DNA from: Alloascoidea hylecoeti
Lineage: Eukaryota
Assembly: GCA_001600815.1 (NCBI GenBank)
Contig: BCKZ01000002.1
Coordinates: 1,186,294 to 1,250,293 of the forward strand
DNA: 64,000 bases
Reading direction: 5' to 3'
In this document: one piece after another, positions 54,470 through 64,000 of the stretch
Layout: each line of letters opens with the position of its first letter
How positions within the stretch are numbered: the first letter of the stretch is position 1
Notes under the pieces: generated by a model
Database searches by the model: none
Seen by the model: only the letters and a program-made list of their open reading frames with translations
What the model was told of the DNA's origin: nothing
Made by a program: the position numbers and the translations under genes

Positions 54470-55804
54470 CTATACTCCTGGATCCTGTAAAATAGCACCA
54501 GGTGCCTTATAACTATGATCCTCCCAACCAAGAGGTTTTTTCAATCCCATAATGTTGTGATAAGCCTCCGTACAAGATAAAAAACTAAATGTTATATCCC
54601 GATCAGGATTGCAGTCACAATTTTTTTCTTCCCAAAGCTTTCGGTCAATTGGGCAACTCTGAAAAGGAGCGTGAAAGTATCCGATATCGTTAAAGAAGTG
54701 CACTTTGTTTCGATCAAGAAATAACGATACTGCCATTGTGTGAATCGGGGCATCCCCCCATCTTTCATAGAAGAACCCACCCTTGTGATCTAAGTAATCG
54801 AAATAATCTTGGTATGCCTGACTTCTCCAAAACGACAACTTTCCGATTTCGAAATTGGACCAGAAATGGCAGAGATTGTATGTTTTACCTTCATTATCCG
54901 ATATTAATTTCATGAGATTATTTTTAGCGACGTGTTCTGGATGCTCGCGTAAAAACTCTTGTGTAGTGCGCCAAAGGGTGGGAATTGTTTCTTCATATTC
55001 AGGCAAAGTTATAGCAAATCCATATTCTTTTTTATTTTCCCTCATGAATTTAAAAACATCATAATTAATATCACAGTGAAGCTCAATATTCGGCTCAACC
55101 CTCCAGTAATACTCATAGTTGTTAATTAAAGGGTGTCTCCAGAAAAAGCCCGATTCATACCTACACATATGTCGATAAGATATAGAATCTCCGTATATTA
55201 TGTTCTTCATTTCTATTCTTGTTATTTCGAATTCTTCATGATCTAGCCAATCGGGAAAAGACCAGTGCTCAAGTGGTATATCTCCATAATATGCATTTCC
55301 GCTGACCAATTTAGTAGTATTTGCTTTGAACTCTTCTGTGAATGGTTTGTTATTAAGAAAAACCCAGTCATAATGATATCTTTGGTTGAATCTCTTTTCT
55401 ACCTCCATAATCGATTTTTGAATAAATACCAGATCAGAGTTTCTCGCAAGTACAATAAAAGTAGCGTTTTCTCGTTCATAATTATTGTTGGAATTTCCAA
55501 TTGTCTGTTGAGCTGCCATGGTATTGGCTGTCATTTCTAATGCATCTTCATGATCAGTGGCTTTTTCTGAACTTTCACTTTCAGTAAAAATTTTATCGCT
55601 TGGGCTTGGGTATATGTGTGACCTTTCTGGTGAAATCTCAATGTCATCAATCGATTCAGCCGTCCCTTCATGGTCTAGAGCTTCTTTATAATTATGTACG
55701 CCAATTGTTAGCTTTAACTCATCTTGGAACAAATAAAATAACAACATTATAGAAGCAGCAAATACCAGAATACGCTCAAATCTCCGCCTGTTGAGTCTTC
55801 TCAT
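54470..55804 (-). CDS. KRE2/KTR family alpha-1,2-mannosyltransferase (GT15)
   Basis: Type II TM anchor with ENATFIVLARNSDL, SYRHMCRYESGFF, YNLCHFWSNFEI and ERWGDAP. Confidence 0.93.
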   Translation of the reverse strand: MRRLNRRRFERILVFAASIMLLFYLFQDELKLTIGVHNYKEALDHEGTAESIDDIEISPERSHIYPSPSDKIFTESESSEKATDHEDALEMTANTMAAQQTIGNSNNNYERENATFIVLARNSDLVFIQKSIMEVEKRFNQRYHYDWVFLNNKPFTEEFKANTTKLVSGNAYYGDIPLEHWSFPDWLDHEEFEITRIEMKNIIYGDSISYRHMCRYESGFFWRHPLINNYEYYWRVEPNIELHCDINYDVFKFMRENKKEYGFAITLPEYEETIPTLWRTTQEFLREHPEHVAKNNLMKLISDNEGKTYNLCHFWSNFEIGKLSFWRSQAYQDYFDYLDHKGGFFYERWGDAPIHTMAVSLFLDRNKVHFFNDIGYFHAPFQSCPIDRKLWEEKNCDCNPDRDITFSFLSCTEAYHNIMGLKKPLGWEDHSYKAPGAILQDPGV

Positions 55805-56603
55805 TTTTTCAATCCGGTTACTTTATTCCTATAACTGATTACAGTGATTAGTTATAATTAAAGCAGTTATAATTTAGGGTTTAATTTTCACCAACGACAA
55901 CGAAAATTAAACTTAATATTTATTAATTACGAACAGATTTTACACTTAGTTTAGGCCACATTGTGTAATAACTACTAGGTAATGCGGGTTGAAATTTATT
56001 GGCCTTTGCAATTGGGTCTCCCATCTCAAAAATCTCTGTCACCAATACAAGCATCATCATCAGCCCTTTTTTCTTAAGCCACCCGTTCACAGTTGATGGT
56101 GGAATTCCTAATTATATATAATCGACCTCGTGCGTTGTTTAGACAATTTCAGGCTTAAATACTTTTTTTGTTACATATTTCCTGGAAGGTAGCAGAATAT
56201 TAGGACATAAATTAAAGTAGATACCGGTATAGCCTAATGTTTATATTCAAAAGTGGATTAAATTAGGTGGAGTGATTATATTTCGGCAGTTTACATAGTT
56301 TATATAATCATTAGTATGGTGATTATCTCCATCTTAATAGGCCCCTATAGTGCTCCATTGTGTAAACTTTAACAGTAATCAATTTCATTCATAATAGTTT
56401 ACGTTCCGTATCGGCCTGACTCAGTGAATTTGAAATGATATTGCATTTCTCTCATATGATTACAATTTCAAATCCCCTAATGGGTAATGAAATCGGATAA
56501 ACGAAGATCTACATTTAAGTAAAGATATATTTTAACTTTAATAAGCCTAAACAAAAAATAAACACACACACACACTAGTACACCACTACTTACACATCAC
56601 AAA

Positions 56604-57394
56604 ATGGGCACCAAATACTACGCAGTGATTCACGGAAGGTATATCTTTATATGGATTATATTCGGGCCATAACCTATTAAATTTTCTGACAGCTTTTTAA
56701 AAGACAAACTGGTGTGTTTGACAATTGGCCTGATTGTCAAGAACAGGTTTTTAGGTATTCAGGAGCTAAATTTAAATCTTTTCCATCCTATTCAGAAGCG
56801 AATGATTTTGTAAATTATCATAACGGTGGACAATCCTTTTATAAAAGTGGTGAAAGTTATGAAAGTGAAAGTGAAAATCAAATTATTGATACACCTATTT
56901 ATGTTGACGGAGCAGCCCGTAGAAATGGCCGAAGGGATTGTGTCGCTGGGTATGGGGTTTACTTTGGAAAAAATGACCCACGAAATATTTCAGAACCTTT
57001 GCGGGGTAAACAATCGAATCAGAGAGCAGAATTGATGGCGGTCCACGCAGCTCTTGCTTACATTGAAAAACACCTTCCAATCCACGGTCCCTCTCGAAAG
57101 TTTGCAATTCATACTGACTCCAAATATTCTATGAGATGTGTAACAGAGTGGGTCCATAAGTGGAGAACAAATGGTTGGCAAACTTCTGTAGGGGGAGATG
57201 TCGTGAATAAAGATTTGATTGAAGCATGTGCGGGTATGCTTGGCACTATTAACGCTGTCTATTTAAGAAACCGTATGGGAGAATTGAACTTTTATCATGT
57301 TCCTGGTCATCAAGGAATAGAAGGAAACGAGGAGGCAGACAATTTAGCTAATTTAGGAGCAGATAGAAATGAAGGTGTGACTTACTATATCTGA
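56604..57394 (+). CDS. RNH1: Ribonuclease H1; exons 56604-56638 and 56704-57394
   Basis: Hybrid-binding domain KYYAVIHGR|QTGVFDNW, then catalytic YVDGA, SNQRAEL, TDS and HVPGH..GNEEADNLA. Confidence 0.92.
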
Positions 57395-58374
57395 TTTTAG
57401 TGGCACTTTTCAAAATTCACACCAAAAGAATCCTATATCTTTCAACACAACGGAATAATTCTAATACGAAAGAATCAAAGCTGGAGCAGATTATTATACT
57501 GATTTTACTAGAAAGTTTTGGTTATACTGTAAGTTTAATAGTTATGCTCTATTCATATTAGTTGATACAATATTATGTAAAGGTGTTATATATATATATT
57601 GTATAAGTTATAGATCAACTCTCAGAAATAATCAATATCCTCTTTTATCTGTTGCTATAACCTTATGATTAACTCATAACCTTGTGCTTCTTTCTCATTT
57701 TTAGTGGCACTAAGTTATCCTTTAGTTTCCCATCCTATTCATGACATTGTCGAGAAATATTAACCAGAAGTTTGCAATTAGGGATTGATTAACGATTCAT
57801 GCCTTAATAATTAATTGGACAATTATTAATTAATTTGATATCAGAATACATTTACTTCTTCTGCACAGTAATATTTATAAATATGAACATTACCTATTTA
57901 CGTAGTGGCTTGTTGAATATTGGCCATCGATCAGTTTCTTGTTTAATAAATACTAATTAACTTTATTGGCAATTGAGAACCTTTTTGTTACAATCCAATA
58001 AATCATTTCCAGTTGATGTCGACTACCAATCAGTTTATTGATTTCATTGATTTGTTTTTATCCAAGCAAAGTTAAGCTGTTATGAATTATATGTGAAATA
58101 TATTATTAATACATGACATTTCAAATATAAAATTCAACTTACAATATAGCTAATATTTAATATTCTATACCCTATTGCTTGTTCAGTTTAAATTCATATC
58201 CCTACTAGACACTTCAGAATATTCCTTCTCATTAAGTACCCTCCCTAATAAATTCAATATCAATCTCAATTGCAAGAAAAGCTTCGAGTTAGATACAAAC
58301 CGCTATATGCTGTAACACAAATCACCTGAGATAAAAGAAGTCCAAATAATAATATTTTTAGATCAATTAATTAT

Positions 58375-61300
58375 TTAAGTTAATTTCAATATATTTCCAT
58401 TTTCCATAGTTGTTGTTCGAGAGAATGAAGCATATTTGGCAAATGGAGAGTTTCTTTCCAAATCATACTCCGGATTATGAGATTTTGCTCCTTTTCTTTT
58501 AAAATATATTCTTTTGAACCACTTATAAACCTCAACACCGATGACAAATAGAATAGAAGCGACAATAGAAACAGCCCATTCCCAACCAATTGGGCCATGC
58601 TTAAAAACAACTTTGTTAAGACCTGGAATATAAATGACTGGAACAACGGTAACAAATCCTATCATACAAGACCAGAATAAGAATTTATTTCTCCATAGAT
58701 CTCTAAAAACTTGTGTGTATGGAGTTTCTGATTCTGGTTTCATGGAAAATAGTGATCTTTTTCTATCAATGACTTCCCAAGCAAGTAGCAGTGAGCACCA
58801 TGTCATAATTATAAAAGTACAAGATCTTCCTCTAAAAACATCATGACAACTATCATTGAATTTATCGTTACAATTATAACCCAAGTTAGCGGAACCAGTC
58901 CTGTACATTACCAAAACAAAGGAAGTGATGCAAAGAATGGCCATCCAGATACCAATGACTGCCATGTCAACTATAAGTTCCCATGTGAAAATACCTTCCT
59001 TAGGATCTTTTGGTGGATTAATCATAATATCAGGCTCGGCTTGTTCCAATCCCAACCCCATAGCTGGAAAACAAGAAGTAACCATAATAATCCAGAGAAC
59101 TTCTACTGGAGATAATGGGAAAACAGAGTATCCATCGTTATCCTTGAATGCAAGACCAATCAATAAGAAAATAGCTTGGGCGACATTCTGAGACAATAAA
59201 TGTAATACAAACTTCTGGATATTCTCCGCCATACGACGACCTTCTTCAATAGCATTCAAAATAGAAGCAAAATTATCATCAGATAGAACAATATCAGAAG
59301 CATCTTTGGCAACATCTGATCCAGAAATACCCATTGCAATACCGACATCCGCACGTTTTAAACTAGGAGAGTCATTTACACCATCACCAGTCATGGCAGC
59401 AAAGGCTCCTCTTCGATGCAATGATTCAATCATTCTAACTTTGGTATTTGGTGCACATCTTGCTATAACCAAAGGTAAAACAGGTAATTGATCAATCTGT
59501 TCATCTAATAAGGCATCAAAGTCGGAAGCAGTCATTATCATAGCATCCACGATCTCTTGTGTATAATGATACAGATTATGAGGTAAAATTCCAACTTCCT
59601 GTGCAATAGCTCTTGCTGTACCGGGGTGGTCACCAGTTAACATGTGAACATTAATACCAGCCTTATGACATCTCTTGACTGCACCTCTAGATTCTTCTCT
59701 TGGAGGATCATAGATTCCAACGAGCCCCAAAAAGGTTAAGTCGCATTCTACTTCAATTCTATCAATGTTTGTCCAATCTCGTTTCACATTTTCATTTTTT
59801 GTAGCGAAAGCCAAAACACGTAAACCTTCTTTTGATAAAGCATTCATATTATTTTCAATTCTAGACATATCATCCTTGGTTAATTTTCTCTTATTTTCCA
59901 AAGAGCCATTATCATTAGAATCGGTATACCAATGCGTGCAACATCTCAAAACTCTTTCAACAGCACCTTTAGTGAAAACTGTGACTTGATTAGTATCGTT
60001 CATTTTATAAATAGCAGACATTCTTTTAATAGATGAATCAAATGGATATTCTGCCAAGTGTGTAACAACTGGGTTATTACCTTCTGTAAATTTTGTTCTT
60101 GGGAATCCTAAACGAGTTGTAAAGACTTGGATTGAAATTTCAGTTGGATCTCCATGAGCTTTCCATTCTTGGTCACCATTTTCAGTTTGCATTTGAGATA
60201 CAGTCGCAATATTGGCTAATGTAGCAGTCTTAACCCAAGCAAGGAAACGGGAAGGAAGACTTTCCGAAAGAGAAATAATTGTTGGGTTTTCTCTAGTTTC
60301 ATCTTCCGTATCTTGATCATCTAGAGGATCAAATCTAGAAAATGAGACTTCTCCCATGGTTGGATTGAAGGGTTCATTTGTCTTATCCACGATATAAGTA
60401 CCGACAGTAGGAATCCAAACTTTTCTAGCAACCATCTTACCTTGTGTTAAAGTACCAGTTTTATCCGAACAAATGTCATTAACAGCACCCAATGCTTCCA
60501 ATGAATCAAGTTTTCTGACTATAACATTTCGTGTTACCATTACTTTAGCGCCAACGGCCATTGTAATTGTTAATACAACAGTAAGGGAGGAAGGAATCAT
60601 GGATAAAGCAACAGAAATTGCGTAAATTGCAACCTCTTTATTGACCGAAAACTTTTGCGTAGCCATAACAATAATAGCACAAAGAACTGCAATGAAAAAC
60701 AATAGAATAGCTAGTTTTGCGAGTCTCCTATGCAATGGAGTACCAACTGTAGTTCCCAAAAACGCACCACCCATATCTTTGGAAGTACCTAAGAAAGCTT
60801 TTGTATAATCACGCTTGCGGGCTTTACCAAATTCGTCTCGTTTTACCGGTCTGAAATGCTTATTTTCACCTCGAAGAGAGGTTGCAATTACACCAATTTC
60901 CGTCTCCATACCGGTGGAAGTTACAATACCTGTAGCACGGCCTTTGGTAACAATTGAGGATGAAAAAGCCATATTGATTCTATCACCGACGGGTACAACA
61001 TCATCAAAAGTTTTTGCAATTGATTTAGTAACAGGCATTGATTCACCAGTTAATAAAGCCTCATCTGTTTCAAAATTCATGCCATCGACAATCCTAAAGT
61101 CAGCAGGAATAGTATCACCTACTTGTACCAAAACAATATCACCAGGAACAACTTCTTCTGAAGGAATTGTTTCATCATTGCCATTTCGAATAACTCTAGC
61201 AGTTGGGGAAGATAATGATCTAAGAGCATCCATTGTCTTTTCAGCACCATATTCTTGGTATGTACCAATGCCAACGTTAATGATAATTACAGCGGCAACG

Positions 61301-61629
61301 ACACCCCCAGAAATCCAATCCTTTATACCAAATGCAATACACATGGCAATTACCAGTACTAATATCATAGCATTACAAAATTGATGGATAAAGACTTGAA
61401 GTATTGAAGCAGAACCACCACCTTCAAGAGCGTTTCTCCCATACTGTTGAATTCTGGCCGCAGCTTCCTGGTTGGGTAAACCAAACTCAATAGAAGTACC
61501 AAAGGCTTGTTCACATTGCTTGGTGGTAAGTTGATAGGGAGTAGTACTAGTTTCGATTGAAAAAATTGATAGTTCCCGATTGGAACTTTTCTCATTCAAA
61601 TATTTATTTTCAGTATCTCTCCTATTCAT
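58375..61629 (-). CDS. ENA1: P-type IID Na+/K+ efflux ATPase
   Basis: TGES, ICSDKTGTLTQGKM, VHMLTGDH, TGDGVNDSPSLK and PLSPVEVLW. Confidence 0.93.
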   Translation of the reverse strand: MNRRDTENKYLNEKSSNRELSIFSIETSTTPYQLTTKQCEQAFGTSIEFGLPNQEAAARIQQYGRNALEGGGSASILQVFIHQFCNAMILVLVIAMCIAFGIKDWISGGVVAAVIIINVGIGTYQEYGAEKTMDALRSLSSPTARVIRNGNDETIPSEEVVPGDIVLVQVGDTIPADFRIVDGMNFETDEALLTGESMPVTKSIAKTFDDVVPVGDRINMAFSSSIVTKGRATGIVTSTGMETEIGVIATSLRGENKHFRPVKRDEFGKARKRDYTKAFLGTSKDMGGAFLGTTVGTPLHRRLAKLAILLFFIAVLCAIIVMATQKFSVNKEVAIYAISVALSMIPSSLTVVLTITMAVGAKVMVTRNVIVRKLDSLEALGAVNDICSDKTGTLTQGKMVARKVWIPTVGTYIVDKTNEPFNPTMGEVSFSRFDPLDDQDTEDETRENPTIISLSESLPSRFLAWVKTATLANIATVSQMQTENGDQEWKAHGDPTEISIQVFTTRLGFPRTKFTEGNNPVVTHLAEYPFDSSIKRMSAIYKMNDTNQVTVFTKGAVERVLRCCTHWYTDSNDNGSLENKRKLTKDDMSRIENNMNALSKEGLRVLAFATKNENVKRDWTNIDRIEVECDLTFLGLVGIYDPPREESRGAVKRCHKAGINVHMLTGDHPGTARAIAQEVGILPHNLYHYTQEIVDAMIMTASDFDALLDEQIDQLPVLPLVIARCAPNTKVRMIESLHRRGAFAAMTGDGVNDSPSLKRADVGIAMGISGSDVAKDASDIVLSDDNFASILNAIEEGRRMAENIQKFVLHLLSQNVAQAIFLLIGLAFKDNDGYSVFPLSPVEVLWIIMVTSCFPAMGLGLEQAEPDIMINPPKDPKEGIFTWELIVDMAVIGIWMAILCITSFVLVMYRTGSANLGYNCNDKFNDSCHDVFRGRSCTFIIMTWCSLLLAWEVIDRKRSLFSMKPESETPYTQVFRDLWRNKFLFWSCMIGFVTVVPVIYIPGLNKVVFKHGPIGWEWAVSIVASILFVIGVEVYKWFKRIYFKRKGAKSHNPEYDLERNSPFAKYASFSRTTTMENGNILKLT

Positions 61630-61824
61630 TTTTCAAGGTTATCTGATTTCATGAAAAGAAAGTTAATATGGATCATTACAAAACTAAGTATAAATGAACA
61701 GCGGAATCTTATGCTTATATATTTCTTCGATAAGAGAATTAAATTGTGAGTAACCATCATATTTTCTTGGGTTTATCTTAATGCATGCAGGTAGATGTTT
61801 GCTTGAAAACTAATATTGCTTTAG

Positions 61825-63550
61825 TGCCAAGGAGCCAAGAGCCGAACTCATGGCATCAACAATATTGTTTATGGTCGATCAATTTTTGGTCCAAAAGTGA
61901 GTGAAGTTCAAATTATCTTTTGGTGTTGATGTTGGAACGTTATGGTGGAAAAGATATAAGCAAATGGCTATAAAACATGATGCTTGAGGTGATGTTTGAT
62001 GTGACAACTACCATGTACCACCACCTATTGCAGAAGGTGCAGACACGTGCTACTATTATCCACAAACTCTATTTATCAACGATAGTTGTCAATGAAAGAT
62101 GTCAACGATAGATTTCAACCTTAATATCCAATTGAAACTATTGAATAAGAATATGAGACATAGCTTGATATGTTGCTTATAGAAATTGTTATTACTATTA
62201 TTCATATTAATATTGTATGTATATGTAGGTGTAGAAATACGAATGTCCACTGATTGTTATTATAAATCATCAATTGCAAGTGATTGTAATGAAGTTAAAA
62301 ATCAGTTTAAATGAGCTATAGCCAGTGATCCTTTTTATACCTACTATATCCTAGCTACAGCTAGAGTCTGAAACTTTAACTAATACAGGTTGATTATAAT
62401 TATTGTGCAATATTCTACACAGTTCTGTTATCTTCCTTGTACTGAATGCCAAGAAGTTTTTTCTAAATGTGTAAGTGTAATATAAGAATTCCAATTGGTT
62501 TGGTGTTATACTAGTAGGTTAGTAACAACGTTAATATATTCATGGTTTGCAAAATGTAACTACAAAATTTCAATCACCGCATGATAATAGTACCCGATTT
62601 GTTCCCAATAGGATCAATGATTCAAGATTAATAAACGATGATTGGTTATTACTATTTACATAATAAAAACGAAATTCTTTTTTACCCTCAAGTATGTCTT
62701 TAACCGCTATAAAATTTTTAACTGTTTTCCTAGCCGTGGCTGAAATATTATAACGATGGGCTAATATAACCTTTTAGTGAAATCCGCACGATAATTATAT
62801 AAATTATATGGATTGGACTTTGATTATAACGTTAACGTTACGATTTATATTCTCAAGGTATACTAGGTTATCAATTGCAAAAGGAGTTACAAATGTGGTA
62901 TTACAACTATGTATACCTGCACAACATCTGTTTATATAATCTTGATTTTGCAACATTAGGGCGACTGTCACAATTGTAGATCCACTGATCGGCGGAGTCC
63001 ATCCTATAATTGCTATAATCATATCCAGATTCCGGGTCCTATTTGTAATATTATATGATAATTATTAATACAAATAGCTACTGTTCGGTCCAAACCACCT
63101 GATTCTAGCTATAACTAGACTTAACAGGAGAATTCCGATAAATTTATCTGAATCATAATTATAGTAGAAGATAACATCAGGTTTCAAGATCAGCTATTTC
63201 AATTATAATTGCGATACGGGCTGGTCAATTCCTAATAATGAACGTATAACTTATAAAATAATTAGTGTTATATGGTCGGATCATGGCCTAGACTCTTCTT
63301 TTCTAATTACAGACATGCGGCTGAAATCTTACGCTTTTTTACCTGTTCATGCAGCATTGCGCATATACTAAACGGCTGTAGAAGACAGATCTAGAAAGTG
63401 CATATCATGATGATTGAAAGTTGAAACACAATTTAGCATACACTTCTGAACGAAAGATAAGCAGACAAAGTTAGGAACAAAATATCTAGAGCGCTGTGTA
63501 ATTTTTTCCCCTTTCAATTAGCTAGAGATAATAAATAAGCTTATCGTGGG
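61825..63550. promoter_or_regulatory. ENA1 upstream region with candidate PacC/Rim101, Crz1, Pho4-type and Mig1 sites
   Basis: GCCAAG at 61826, 61834 and 62448; GTGGCTG 62736 and GCGGCTG 63317; CACGTG 62044; TTATCGTGGGG 63541-63550. Confidence 0.55.
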
Positions 63551-64000
63551 GTTTGTATTTATAATTATTCAAGGTATGGTAATTACTAATTATATTATGA
63601 AATGTTTAACATCCTAACATCCATATAATTTTACCAATGTAGATTTTTATCATCTACCTCAATTAAAAAATTTCCTGGAAATAAAATTATTCCAGGTCCA
63701 GCAAATTAAGTTCGGAGTTCCTTCTTTTGACCAATTGATTTTGCGATCGAGAAATTCCTGACATACTACCCAATCTAAAGTAAACTTTATAATTAATTAA
63801 TATATTACAATTAAATAATATAGTCTCTTAGTTACTATTAATGTTATATTGCTTGTCAAACTATTATCAGAGAGTGTACATATAGTTTCTAGATATTCTG
63901 AAATTCCATTGTTATAGCTAGCGCTTATATACCGTATAATATATCCTGTAGTACCTGTAGCACTCGTATCATGTCGTATTCTGGGAGGACGCAGTCAGAA

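Overview
AT-rich, gene-dense chromosome segment of an intron-rich budding yeast (probably an early-diverging Saccharomycotina lineage; inference). CUG appears to be read as Leu. I can support 24 protein-coding genes, 14 of them spliced, with 30 introns reconstructed by hand: ANP1, HCM1-like forkhead, a MATE transporter, TIF1/eIF4A, TXNL1-like, one orphan, MDE1, LSM8, PAB1, CHD1, RLI1, a VAMP7-like SNARE, DPB4, ARO1, RAD26, GSF2, RSE1, AIM32, HIT1, a regucalcin-like gene, a KTR-family gene, RNH1 and ENA1, with the decayed LINE ORF2 remnant counted as the 24th. There are two tRNA genes, Ser-CGA (with intron) and Ala-UGC. The most striking signal is next to those tRNAs. Each carries two stacked, 5'-truncated, poly(A)-tailed copies of the same non-LTR (L1-clade-like) retroelement. 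The nearest copies start 56 and 66 bp upstream, and all four have their 5' end facing the tRNA. This suggests a tRNA-gene-targeting LINE like Dictyostelium TRE5. Other leads: foldback (MITE-like) elements, a possible zero-length-exon splice junction, a hidden micro-exon, a HIT1 gene with no obvious AUG start, frequent AAG acceptors and a recurrent intergenic 9-mer. Gene names and S. cerevisiae comparisons are from memory; no searches were run.
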